In this document: positions 39,576-49,562 of the stretch, piece by piece
Position numbering within the stretch: position 1 is the stretch's first letter
Layout of the letters: the number at the start of each line of letters is the position of its first letter
Origin: Sphingobium sp.
GTDB lineage: Bacteria; Pseudomonadota; Alphaproteobacteria; Sphingomonadales; Sphingomonadaceae
Assembly: GCA_035251955.1 (NCBI GenBank)
Contig: DATFDS010000246.1
Location: 23,191 to 87,190 of the forward strand
Direction of reading: 5' to 3'
Length of the DNA: 64,000 bases
Program-made: the position numbers and the translations under genes
Notes under the pieces: model-generated
What the model was told of the DNA's origin: nothing
Database searches by the model: none
What the model saw: only the letters and a program-made list of their open reading frames with translations

Positions 39576-40678
39576 AGCGTCAACTCCGCAGTGGTTTCGC
39601 CCGCAAGCGTTGCCTTGGCCAGGTCCTTTTCGGCCAGGTCGCGCAGCTTTCCGGCACTGCCGGCGATCTCGCGATTGAGCAGGGCGCTTTTCAGGAAGAT
39701 ATGGGCGTCGAATTCCCAGGTAAAACCAACGCCGCCGTGCAACTGCACGCAGTCTTCGGCGACGAACTTGAACTTCTCGGTCGCCGACGCCTTGGCGAGA
39801 TTGGCCCACATATTGGCGCTGGGCGCGTCGTCGGCCGCCGTCTCGACCGCCTGGTCGAGCATATTCTCAGCGTGGATGACATGGGTCATAAGGTCAGCCG
39901 CGCGATGCTTCAAGGCCTGGAAGCTCGCCAGCGGCTTGCCGAACTGCACCCGCTCCTTGAGATAGTCGATAGTCTGTTCGGCAACGGCACGCGCACCGCC
40001 GACGCTTTCACCGCTGACGCCCAGCGCGACCCAGCGGCGCAGCAGCGCGGTCGCCCCCCCATCCGCATCATCGACCAGCGCGAGCGGCGTGAGGCCGTCC
40101 AGCATCAGGCGGCCTGCCGTCCGCCTATGATCCCAGATGTCGGCAGCCTCGAACGCCGCGCCCTCGCCGAGCGCCACGAGCGCGATCGCCGCCTTGCCCC
40201 CGGCCTCGACCGGCAGCAGCGCATGGGTCGCGGCGCGCGCGCCCAGCAGCAGGGGCGAACGCCCGGAAAGCCCGCCCTCGGCAAAGGCCGTCGCCGTGCC
40301 GTCCAGCGCGAGCGGAAGGGCGAAAGTCACGCCTCCACCGATCAGCTCGGCGAGAAGTTCTTGCGCGACATCGGCCGGCGCCGCCGCGGCCAGCCATTGG
40401 GCGGCGGCGAGTGTCGGCAGGAACCGGCCCGGCGCCATCGCGCGGCCGAGCTGGCGGAACAGCACGTCGAGTCCGCGCGCGCCAAAGCCCAGTCCGCCGA
40501 ACGCTTCGGGCAGGCCGATGCCCAGCCAGCCCTGTTCCGCCGCCGTCCGCCACAGATCCTCGTCCAGAGCGTTCTGCCCGTCGAAAAAGGCGTGAACCGC
40601 CAACCGGCCACATTCGGCCGACAGGACCTCGCCGATGCTTTCGGAAAGCACCGCCAGATCGTCTTCCCAGCCTTCCAC
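39572..40678 (-). CDS. Acyl-CoA dehydrogenase (short partner subunit type)
   Basis: ERVQFGKPLASFQALKH, QLHGGVGFTWE; 4-bp overlap with the next gene. Confidence 0.9.
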   Translation of the reverse strand: MEGWEDDLAVLSESIGEVLSAECGRLAVHAFFDGQNALDEDLWRTAAEQGWLGIGLPEAFGGLGFGARGLDVLFRQLGRAMAPGRFLPTLAAAQWLAAAAPADVAQELLAELIGGGVTFALPLALDGTATAFAEGGLSGRSPLLLGARAATHALLPVEAGGKAAIALVALGEGAAFEAADIWDHRRTAGRLMLDGLTPLALVDDADGGATALLRRWVALGVSGESVGGARAVAEQTIDYLKERVQFGKPLASFQALKHRAADLMTHVIHAENMLDQAVETAADDAPSANMWANLAKASATEKFKFVAEDCVQLHGGVGFTWEFDAHIFLKSALLNREIAGSAGKLRDLAEKDLAKATLAGETTAELTL

Positions 40679-41029
40679 TGCACTCTCCCTTATAATAGGG
40701 GCAGCCCGTGCCCCCAGCGGCCAGCCTGCCGCTCCCATGGCTGGTCGGATGCACATCTTGGCCGGCGGGATCAAGCCGGCATCATCCCGCGCACCCGCGC
40801 CGCGCCTCGCAGACCGGGGGTCGTCCGTCCCCAAAGGACAGGAGTTCCGCTGGTTCGGCGACGCTTTATCATATATGAGAAATCGGGTCGGCACGCCACA
40901 GCGAAGCGTGCGCCGATAGCCGCCTGCCTCTATCCTGCAGGCCGTGATCGCGCTTTACGACGCGCTTGACAGAGGAATTGCAGAACGTAATTCGTAATTC
41001 CTGAATAATTGGGCAGAGGATCCGACAAT

Positions 41030-42424
41030 ATGGCCGACATCGATCCAGGAGTAGCGCTGTCCCAGGGCTGTTCGGCGCAGCTGGTCGGCGAAGTCCGCAA
41101 GATTTCGGCGCTGCGGCTTTCGGACGCGGTGGTGCAGCGCGCGCGCCATGCGGTGCTCGACTGGATCGGCGTCACCATCTCGGGCGCGCAGCAGCCCTCC
41201 GCCCGCATCACCCGCCAGGTCCTGCAGGCCGAAGGCGGAGAGGCGCGCGCCGCCGCGATCGGATCGGCTGATCGGCTGACGGCACGCCAGGCGGCATTGT
41301 TCGGCGGCGTCGCCAGCCACAGCCAGGATTTCGACGACATGGGCCTGGGCATCCATCCCTCAGTCGTCGTCCTGCCCGCCGTGTTCGCCCTAGCCGATGA
41401 GGTCGACGCCAGCGGCGGCGATGTGCTCGACGCCCTGCTGCAGGGCTATGAGGCGCTCAAGATCGTCAATGCGGTCGTCGGCGAAAGCTCCTACGCGCGC
41501 GGCTTCCATTGCACTGGCACGTTCGGCGCGTTCGGCGCGGCGACCGCCGCCGCTCGCATGCTGGGGCTGGACGAGGCAAAGACGCTTTCGGCTTTCGGCA
41601 CGGTGGGCATGCTGTCCTCCGGCCTTCGTGCGGGCTTCGGCAATATGGGCAAGCACCTCAATTCCGGCAATGCGGCGGCGGCCGGCGTGCTCGCCGCACG
41701 GCTTGCGGAAAACGGCTTTGTCGGTCCGGTCGACGTGCTCGAAAATCCCGTCGGTTTCGCCAGCGCGGTCAACGCGCCGCAGGCGAAACTGGACCCGACC
41801 AACCCCCGTGCCCGGCTTCAGGACCAGCTCGCGGTCGAGGAAATCATCTTCAAGCTGCATGCAGCCTGCGGCGGCACCCATTCGGCGATCGACGGCATTC
41901 GCCAGATCCGCGCGCGCCGGCCCTTCGCGGTCGACGAGGTGGAGGAGGTGGAGCTTGTGGCGCCCGATCTGCTGCCCACCATCTGCGGCATCGTCGAGCC
42001 CAGGACGGGCATGGAGGGGATGTTCAGCATCCATTATGCCTCCGCCCTCGCCATGACGGGCAGCACCACGGGCACCGAAGCCTTCACCGACGCAAGGGTG
42101 GCCGATCCCGCGCTGGTCACGGCGCGCCAACTCGTCCGCCTCAACCTCATTCCCGGCGATCCCAGCAACTTCTCCGTCATGAAGAACCCGGTTCAGGTCA
42201 ATCTGCGCCTGAAATCGGGGGAGATGCTGACCGCGGCCGTTGACATCTTCCAGCCGCGTACCGATCTCGATGCCCAATGGGCCGATCTGGTCGAAAAGTT
42301 CACCGGCCTCGTCGCCCCCATTTTGGGCGAGGCCCGCGCGGCTGAGTTGGTCGACCTGGTCGGGCGGTTCGAAACTTTGGACTCGGTCCGCACGCTGACC
42401 GACAAGACGCTGCTCGACAGTTGA
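41030..42424 (+). CDS. MmgE/PrpD family protein
   Basis: SHSQDFDD..HPS, GFHCTG, KLHAACGGTH. Confidence 0.9.
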   Translation: MADIDPGVALSQGCSAQLVGEVRKISALRLSDAVVQRARHAVLDWIGVTISGAQQPSARITRQVLQAEGGEARAAAIGSADRLTARQAALFGGVASHSQDFDDMGLGIHPSVVVLPAVFALADEVDASGGDVLDALLQGYEALKIVNAVVGESSYARGFHCTGTFGAFGAATAAARMLGLDEAKTLSAFGTVGMLSSGLRAGFGNMGKHLNSGNAAAAGVLAARLAENGFVGPVDVLENPVGFASAVNAPQAKLDPTNPRARLQDQLAVEEIIFKLHAACGGTHSAIDGIRQIRARRPFAVDEVEEVELVAPDLLPTICGIVEPRTGMEGMFSIHYASALAMTGSTTGTEAFTDARVADPALVTARQLVRLNLIPGDPSNFSVMKNPVQVNLRLKSGEMLTAAVDIFQPRTDLDAQWADLVEKFTGLVAPILGEARAAELVDLVGRFETLDSVRTLTDKTLLDS

Positions 42425-42434
42425 GAGAAGACGC

Positions 42435-43877
42435 ATGAACAAACCCGGCAAGCTGGTGACGCAAGACCGCGAAATCCCGATGGAGGGCAACCGCCTTCCC
42501 ATCGAACTGTGGGACGGTCCGACCTACCAGGACATTCTCGACATCGACGACCGGTTTCACAAGACGTCGGATGTCGTGCGCGAGCACCGGATGGTGGACC
42601 TGGGCAATGACCCCATTCCCGCGAACCGTTACACCTCGCCCGAATTCTTCCGCAAGGAAGTCGAGCACGTCTTCTTCAAGACCTGGCAATATGCCGTGCG
42701 CGAAGAAGAAATTCCCGAGCCGGGCGACTATTATGTCTATGAACTGCTCGACCGTTCCTTGCTGGTCACGCGCCAAAAGGACGGATCGATCCGCGCGTTC
42801 GAAAATGTCTGCCGGCACCGCGGCCGTCGCCTCGCGACGCAAAGCGGCTGCAAGCAGATGTTCCGCTGCCCCTATCACGGCTTCACCTGGGAAATTGACG
42901 GCAAATTCCGGCCCGGCCCGGTCGCGTGGGACTTCCCGGAGATCGACGGGGACGATTTCCCGCTGGGCGAGGTGAAGGTCGGTCGCTGGGCGGGCTTCGT
43001 GTTCGTGAATTTCGATCCCGACTGCGCGCCGCTCGACGCATTTCTGGGGCCGCTTAAACGGCACATGGACTATTGGATGATCGACCATGTCTACAAGGCG
43101 GCGCATGTGGCCAAGGTGCTGCCCGCCAACTGGAAGGTCGTGACCGAGGCGTTCCTGGAAAACCACCACGTCACCTTCACCCATCCGCAGGTGTCGCCCT
43201 ATACGATGGACGCCAATTCCCAATATGACGTGCTGTCGGATCATGTGACGCGGTCCATTTCGCCGCACGGCTATCATGGCCTGCTCTATGAAGGCCCCAA
43301 GCTGTCGCCGCAGGAGATATTGGCGGTCGCCATGCGCAACGGGAACAAGGCCGGCGCACTTACCGACCTGGAATTCGGTCCGGACATGACCGAGCGGCAT
43401 TATCTGGCGACGACCGGCCGCAAGAACCTGTCGGAACGGACCGGCCGCGACCTGTCCGACCGGTGCGACGCCGACTTCATCGACGGCTATTCCTACGACC
43501 TGTTCCCCAATTTCCACATCTGGGGTTCGCTTGCGACGAAGATTTCCTATCGCTTCCGTCCGCTCGACACGGAAAAGACGCTGATGGAGGTCTTCCTCTA
43601 CAAATTGGCGCCCGTCGATGGGCCACCCCCGCCTGTGGCGATGCAACTGCTGGGACCAGATGACAAATGGTCAAGCTGCGTTGGCGATCTTGCATATCTG
43701 GCGGGTGTCTATGATCAGGACGAATCGAACATACCGCAGACGCAGGAAGGACTGCGGCAGCTTGGTGATCGTGGAATTCATTTCGCCCGTTATTCGGAAA
43801 TTCGTTGCCGTAACTTGCATCGGATGATCGACCGCTATATCGCACATGGCGAAGCGTTGAAGGACGCCGACGCCTGA
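42435..43877 (+). CDS. Rieske non-heme iron oxygenase, alpha subunit
   Basis: Rieske ligands NVCRHRG...CPYHG; mononuclear Fe motif ENHHVTFTH. Confidence 0.93.
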   Translation: MNKPGKLVTQDREIPMEGNRLPIELWDGPTYQDILDIDDRFHKTSDVVREHRMVDLGNDPIPANRYTSPEFFRKEVEHVFFKTWQYAVREEEIPEPGDYYVYELLDRSLLVTRQKDGSIRAFENVCRHRGRRLATQSGCKQMFRCPYHGFTWEIDGKFRPGPVAWDFPEIDGDDFPLGEVKVGRWAGFVFVNFDPDCAPLDAFLGPLKRHMDYWMIDHVYKAAHVAKVLPANWKVVTEAFLENHHVTFTHPQVSPYTMDANSQYDVLSDHVTRSISPHGYHGLLYEGPKLSPQEILAVAMRNGNKAGALTDLEFGPDMTERHYLATTGRKNLSERTGRDLSDRCDADFIDGYSYDLFPNFHIWGSLATKISYRFRPLDTEKTLMEVFLYKLAPVDGPPPPVAMQLLGPDDKWSSCVGDLAYLAGVYDQDESNIPQTQEGLRQLGDRGIHFARYSEIRCRNLHRMIDRYIAHGEALKDADA

Positions 43878-44045
43878 AACGCTGGCGTCGCACCCCGCGG
43901 CGCCACCCCCGGACGCGCGAAAAGCGCGTAATGCCGGTGCACAAGGGAGAGGCGCGCGTGACCATAGCCCACGCGTGACGACTTGCGCGCACTGCCGGAT
44001 GCGTGGGTTTTCTGCTACGCTCGGTGGGAAATTGCGGCTGTCGGC

Positions 44046-44138
44046 CGCCCCATATTCCCGATCTACGTCACCTTCGCCGGACCCACCACCTATGAGCGGG
44101 CACGCACCTACGGCATCGACGTCGCGTTCAAATTCTGA
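44046..44138 (+). pseudogene. C-terminal relic of a third TonB-dependent receptor
   Basis: Hand translation RPIFPIYVTFAGPTTYERARTYGIDVAFKF* matches the tails of both intact receptors. Confidence 0.8.
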
Positions 44139-44388
44139 TGACCGGGCGTCCGGCCGGCGCTCGCTGAAATATATGAAAAATGGGGTGCTTCCTTCGATCA
44201 AGGCGGCGCTCCTTTTCGTTGGAGGCAGCCCACACGACGCCCTCTTGTCCCAAAAGGGAAGCATCACCGAGGCACTCTCATTTCCCCCTTTACGCTGCCC
44301 CCAATACGCCTGTATGATGAATCCATAATTGATAGTCCGGCAGACCGGATCAAATGTCGGTAAAACCGGCACAAAAGGGGAGGAAGCC

Positions 44389-46764
44389 ATGAAGGGTTTC
44401 ATCAATAGCGAAGTCGTGTCTTTTCGCGCTCTGCTTCTGGGAAGTGGAGCGCTTCTGGCGTTGGCCGCCCCTCCAGTTGCCGCGCAGAACAGGAATGACG
44501 TGAGCGTCGAGGAAATCATCGTCACGGCGCAACGGCGCGAACAGAATCTGCAAGACGTGCCGATCGCCATCACCGCCATTTCCCAGACCGCGCTGCAGAC
44601 CAACCGCATCACCAGCGTGATGGATCTGAACACGCAGGCGCCCAACCTGACCCTGCGTTCCACCGCGGGCGGCATAGGCGTCGCCAATTTCTCGATGCGC
44701 GGATCGGTCAGCTATGGGTCGGTGCCGGGCCAGGACAAGGCGATCTCCACCTATCTGGACGGCGTCTATATCGGCAGCGCCTTCGGTTCGGCCTTCGAAC
44801 TGCCCGATCTCGAGCGGATCGAGGTACTGCGCGGGCCGCAGGGCACCTTGTTCGGCCGCAACGCAACCGCAGGCGCAATCAACGTCGTGACCCGCGACCC
44901 CAGCGGCGAGTTCGGCGTGCGGCAAGTCTTCACCGTGGGCAATTACGACCAATTCCGCTCGTCCACCCGCGTCGAGCTTCCGGCGCTGGGCTCGCTTAGC
45001 GCATCGGTCAGCTACACCCATAATGAACGCACCGGCGACATGAAGAATCTGGGCGCCGGAACGGTCTGGAACCGCACCGGACCGCGCACCAGACAAGGTA
45101 TCGCCGTATCGCCCAAGACGTTGGGCGACGAGAATTCGGAATCCGTCTTCGTCGCGGTCAAGTTCGAGCCGAGCGACAATTTCAAGACGGTCTACAAGTT
45201 CGACTGGATGCACGGCGATTTCACGCCCGAAGGCAATGCCGCGGTCGCGCTGACGCCGCAATTGCTCGGACCCTTCGGCGACGCGCTGGCGCTGGCCTAT
45301 GCCGCCAACCCGGTGGCGCTGGCCGGCAATGAGCGGCCCAAGGCGGTCAACAATTCCTTTTCGACGCCCGGCTTCCAGCGTGTCGAAGGGCATAATATGA
45401 CTACGACGGTACGGCTGGCCGACGATCTTACGGTCAAGAACATACTGGCCTACAGACGTTCCTACATCTACGCCAACTCGGACATCGGCGGCCTTGGCGG
45501 TCTGGTCGTCACCCAGGCGGTGGCCGACAATCTGGCTGGAATCGCCGGCTTTCCACCCGGCTCACTCAACATCCTGATCGGATCACCCTATGTGCCGATC
45601 GCCTCGCAGGTGCAGAATCGCTTCAAACAGTGGAGCGACGAAATTCAGTTCAACTATGACAGCCAAATGCTGACCCTGACAGCGGGCGCGATCTATTATC
45701 ATTCCAATGCCGTGAACGGCGCTCCGGACGGCTTGCGCCAGACCGTCGTCCTCAGCCCCGTCTTCGGCGGCAATCTGTTCGAAGGGCGGCGCAACCTGTC
45801 CTTCAACACCGCCTCCTCGCTCGCCGGCTATGCGCAGGCGGAAGTCCATGTGACGCCGGAACTGGACGTCATCGGCGGCATCCGCGTCACCAAGGACAAG
45901 AAGTCGGGAACCGCCTATCTCAACAATGCCGCCGCCTTCAATCAGTTGGCCTTCCCCTTCACCTACAAGAAGACGAAACCCAACTATTCGATCGGTGCCA
46001 ATTACCGGCCGAACGACGGCATCCTGGTCTACGCCAAATATTCGACCGGCTTCGTCTCAGGCGGATCGGTTTCCGGCATCCCCTTCCCGCCGGAAACGGT
46101 CAAGGCCTGGGAAGGCGGCATCAAGGCCGACCTGTTCGACCGCCGCCTCCGCGCCAACCTCGCGCTGTTCAAGGCCGACTATAAGAATATCCAGTCGGTA
46201 GGCGGCGGCGCCACCCTCACGCCGCCCCGTAACGATCTCAGCACCATCGTCGTTCGGGAATCGGACCTTGACACCAAAGGCTTCGAACTGGAGTTGAACG
46301 CGGCACCGATCCGTGGCGTAAGCCTCAACGCCTCGCTCGGCTATACCGACGTCAAGGAAAGCAACGTCAATACCTTCCTCCGGCCACCAGGCAGCCTGCC
46401 GACGGCGCGGGCGAAATGGACTTCGACCCTGTCCGCCCAATATGAGACCGATCCCCTGTTCAGCGATACCACGGTCATGGCGCGCGTGGATGCCAGTTGG
46501 CGCTCGAAGATCCGGACTCTCAGCCAGACCAATCTGCTGCCGGACTATGACGCCTTCCTCGTCTCGGACGACCTGTGGCTGATCAACGGCCGCGTCGCGC
46601 TGCGGCACTTAAACCTTGCCGGCGCGGATGTGGAACTGGCCGGATGGGTACGGAACCTCACCGATGCGGGCAATCCGACCTTCCCCATCTATTACACCTT
46701 CTCAGGATCGGCAACTTATGAGCGGGCCCGGACCTATGGCCTGGACCTGAGCTTCGAATTCTAA
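44389..46764 (+). CDS. TonB-dependent receptor (copy 2)
   Basis: Signal peptide, EEIIVTAQRRE, RIEVLRGPQGTLFGRN, C-terminal Phe. Confidence 0.95.
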   Translation: MKGFINSEVVSFRALLLGSGALLALAAPPVAAQNRNDVSVEEIIVTAQRREQNLQDVPIAITAISQTALQTNRITSVMDLNTQAPNLTLRSTAGGIGVANFSMRGSVSYGSVPGQDKAISTYLDGVYIGSAFGSAFELPDLERIEVLRGPQGTLFGRNATAGAINVVTRDPSGEFGVRQVFTVGNYDQFRSSTRVELPALGSLSASVSYTHNERTGDMKNLGAGTVWNRTGPRTRQGIAVSPKTLGDENSESVFVAVKFEPSDNFKTVYKFDWMHGDFTPEGNAAVALTPQLLGPFGDALALAYAANPVALAGNERPKAVNNSFSTPGFQRVEGHNMTTTVRLADDLTVKNILAYRRSYIYANSDIGGLGGLVVTQAVADNLAGIAGFPPGSLNILIGSPYVPIASQVQNRFKQWSDEIQFNYDSQMLTLTAGAIYYHSNAVNGAPDGLRQTVVLSPVFGGNLFEGRRNLSFNTASSLAGYAQAEVHVTPELDVIGGIRVTKDKKSGTAYLNNAAAFNQLAFPFTYKKTKPNYSIGANYRPNDGILVYAKYSTGFVSGGSVSGIPFPPETVKAWEGGIKADLFDRRLRANLALFKADYKNIQSVGGGATLTPPRNDLSTIVVRESDLDTKGFELELNAAPIRGVSLNASLGYTDVKESNVNTFLRPPGSLPTARAKWTSTLSAQYETDPLFSDTTVMARVDASWRSKIRTLSQTNLLPDYDAFLVSDDLWLINGRVALRHLNLAGADVELAGWVRNLTDAGNPTFPIYYTFSGSATYERARTYGLDLSFEF

Positions 46765-46800
46765 AGGGGGCCGCCGGCACCCTTGAGGGGCAGTCGGCGA

Positions 46801-46847
46801 ACAGGGTGGGGGCGCGCGGCCAGCAAGCTGCGCGCCCTTCATCCTGT
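46801..46847 (+). other. Long intergenic stem-loop after the TonB receptor
   Basis: ACAGGGTGGGGGCGCGCGGC pairs with GCTGCGCGCCCTTCATCCTGT using G-U pairs; no U-tail. Confidence 0.45.
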
Positions 46848-46907
46848 AACGCTGTCCGGATATGGACGCGCAAGGCACCCATGCACCATGACCGAGGATG
46901 AGGAACC

Positions 46908-47528
46908 ATGGAAAAGACGCTCTTCTTCTTTCGCCGCAATCCGCAGCGCGATCCGCAGGATTTCGAGCAGCATTACGTCAACAACCATGCAAAGCTCGGC
47001 AAGCGGCTCACGCGCTGCCTGCTCGGCTATACGGTCAATATCGTGAAGTCGGCGAACGGCCCCGACGCGATCACGGAACATTGGGTGTCCCGTGCGATGG
47101 ACATCCTTACCCCCGACATAGCCTATGCGTCGGTGGATGATTTCAACGAAGTGTTGGTCGACGACCGCACGATGTTCAGCGGCTTCGAACTCTATGTCGT
47201 CGTTGACCAGATCGAGACCGTGCCGGGACCGCAGCCCGATACGCCGCTCGAAACGGCAACGCCGGGCGTGAAGCTGATCTGGACCTATGCCGATGCGGCG
47301 AGCGCCCCGCCCCCGCCCGCCAGCGCTTGCCGCGTGCTCGACAATATCGTGGGTTACAGGCTGGTCCATGACGGTCAGGGCTGGCAGCGGCTGGCGCCCG
47401 ATTTCAGGCTGGTCCGCATGGCCTGGGTCGATGATGTCACGCAGGCCGGACCGGCGGCGAACACTGCGATCGTCACCACCGAATATCGTTTCATCCCCGC
47501 GCCGCAATGGGAGAGCGAAGCGGCCTGA
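46908..47528 (+). CDS. EthD-domain protein
   Basis: FFFRRNP...FEQHYVNNHAKL...YTVN...DAITEHW. Confidence 0.7.
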   Translation: MEKTLFFFRRNPQRDPQDFEQHYVNNHAKLGKRLTRCLLGYTVNIVKSANGPDAITEHWVSRAMDILTPDIAYASVDDFNEVLVDDRTMFSGFELYVVVDQIETVPGPQPDTPLETATPGVKLIWTYADAASAPPPPASACRVLDNIVGYRLVHDGQGWQRLAPDFRLVRMAWVDDVTQAGPAANTAIVTTEYRFIPAPQWESEAA

Positions 47529-47594
47529 CGGCCGCGCACCGCAGCCGTCGGTTTCCGCGATCTTTACGACCCGATCAGACGAAAAGGATGAAGG

Positions 47595-48410
47595 ATGGAC
47601 CTTGAACTGACGGGCCGGCGCGCGCTCGTAACCGGTAGCAGCTCGGGCATGGGCGCGAAGATCGCGCGGCAACTCGCTGCCGAAGGCGTTCAGTTGGTGG
47701 TCCATGGGCGCGACCGCGACCGGGCGGAGGCCGTTGCGCAGGGGATCGCGAACGATGGCGGACAGGCAGCCGTAGCGGTCGGCGACATAGCGACGGACAA
47801 GGGCGCGGCAGCGATCGCCCAGGCAGCGCTCGCTGCCTTTGGCGGCATCGACATCCTCATCAACAATGCCGGCGCCGTGTTGAATGTGGATCAGCCTGAC
47901 TGGCGTAAGGTCGGCATGGACCAGTGGTGCGCCTCCTTCGACCTCAATGTCGGCGCGGCGGTGCGGATGAGCCGGCATTTGTCCTCCGCGATGGTCGAGC
48001 GCGGCTGGGGACGGATCGTCAACATCTCCAGCGTGTCGGGCACGCAGATGCGCGGCCGCCTGTTCGACTATGGCGCGTCCAAGGCGGCACTCAACAGCTT
48101 CACCGTCAACCTGTCCAAGGCGCTGGCGCCCCGGGGCGTCACCGTAAACTGCGTCATCCCCGGCGCGATCATGACCCCGGCGATCGAACGCTGGATCGAA
48201 AGCCTGGCGGGGCAGCGCGGCTGGACCGGAGACTTTGCGGAGAAGGAGCGGCTCTATGTCGAAGAGCGGGCGACGCAGTCGGTGCCGCGCCTGGGTCGCC
48301 CGCGCGAGATCGCGGCGGCAGTCGCGCTGCTCGCGAGCCCGCTGTCAGGCTATACCACCGGCGCCTTCCTGCGGATCGAGGGCGGCATGGCGACGACGAT
48401 CGGCGCTTGA
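47595..48410 (+). CDS. SDR family oxidoreductase
   Basis: TGSSSGMG, NNAG, YGASK. Confidence 0.93.
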   Translation: MDLELTGRRALVTGSSSGMGAKIARQLAAEGVQLVVHGRDRDRAEAVAQGIANDGGQAAVAVGDIATDKGAAAIAQAALAAFGGIDILINNAGAVLNVDQPDWRKVGMDQWCASFDLNVGAAVRMSRHLSSAMVERGWGRIVNISSVSGTQMRGRLFDYGASKAALNSFTVNLSKALAPRGVTVNCVIPGAIMTPAIERWIESLAGQRGWTGDFAEKERLYVEERATQSVPRLGRPREIAAAVALLASPLSGYTTGAFLRIEGGMATTIGA

Positions 48411-48453
48411 GCCGGGCCGGCTGGGTGACGGACGGGTCCGCCGCCCGCGCCGC

Positions 48454-49344
48454 TCAATCCTCGCCCGCCTGCTTCTTGTTCGCGGCAGCCATCGCCTTGG
48501 AATCGAGATTGCCGATCGAACTGCCCAGGGTCAGGTCGTTCTGCGCATGGGCGAAATGGTGCATGTGATAGACCGCATCCATCGCCGTCCGCTTGCCGCG
48601 CAGATCCTCGGCATGGGCGATCGCCTGCTTGGTCAGCCAGACGCCCAGTGGGGGCTGCGCAGCGAGGCGATCCGCGATCTTCTGGCATTCGGCGCGCAGA
48701 TCGTCACGGGCGACGACCCGGTTCACCATGCCGAAATGATGCGCCCGCTCGGCCGACATGCGCTCGCCCAGCAACAGGAATTCCGACGCGATGCGCGGTG
48801 GCAACTCGAAGGGGTGCGCCCAATATTCGACGCCCGGAATACCCATCATCAGCACCGGGTCCTGGAAGAAAGCATCTTCCGACGCAACGATGAAATCGCA
48901 GGACCAGGCCAGCATCAGTCCGCCGGCGATACAGGCTCCATGGACCATGGCGATGGTCGGCTTGGAAATGGCGCGCCAGCGGCGGCAAAAGCCCAGATAG
49001 ACTTCCTGCTCGCGCGTGTAGAGGAATTCGGCGGCCGGCTTGTTCGCATGGTCGGGGAACAGGTGGACACGATTCTGGCTGACGCCCACGTCGCGCCCCG
49101 GCGTGCCGATGTCATGGCCGGCGGAGAAATGCTTGCCCTCTCCCCCCAGCACGATCGCCCGGACATTGTCGTCGTCCAGCGCCCGCTTGAACGCCGCATC
49201 GAGCGCGTAGAGCAGTTGGGCATTCTGCGAATTATTGTAGCGAGGGCGGTTGAGCATGATCCAGGCCGTCGATCCTTCGACCGTGTAGAGAATGGGTTCA
49301 TCCGTCTCGTAAACCGGGTTCGATGCCCGCGCGAAATCGCTCAT
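48454..49344 (-). CDS. Enoyl-CoA hydratase family protein
   Basis: LNRPRYNN, FSAGHD, AGGLML, DPVLMMGIPGVEY. Confidence 0.9.
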   Translation of the reverse strand: MSDFARASNPVYETDEPILYTVEGSTAWIMLNRPRYNNSQNAQLLYALDAAFKRALDDDNVRAIVLGGEGKHFSAGHDIGTPGRDVGVSQNRVHLFPDHANKPAAEFLYTREQEVYLGFCRRWRAISKPTIAMVHGACIAGGLMLAWSCDFIVASEDAFFQDPVLMMGIPGVEYWAHPFELPPRIASEFLLLGERMSAERAHHFGMVNRVVARDDLRAECQKIADRLAAQPPLGVWLTKQAIAHAEDLRGKRTAMDAVYHMHHFAHAQNDLTLGSSIGNLDSKAMAAANKKQAGED

Positions 49345-49562
49345 GTCTGTCACCCTTGAAAGCGCCGGTCGCCATCCTGTGACTTGGCCGGCTGGTCGCG
49401 CAACGGGGCGCTGCTTCATTCCCTTTCGCGCTATCCGACCGCAGCGTCAACTTCATCAGAGCCAGGAAATCATGTATCTGATAGGATGTTCGGCAAGTCC
49501 GCTTGCGCCGTAGCTGAATGCGGACACAAGAGGCGTTGAAGCTACAAGGAGGCGACCGACAG

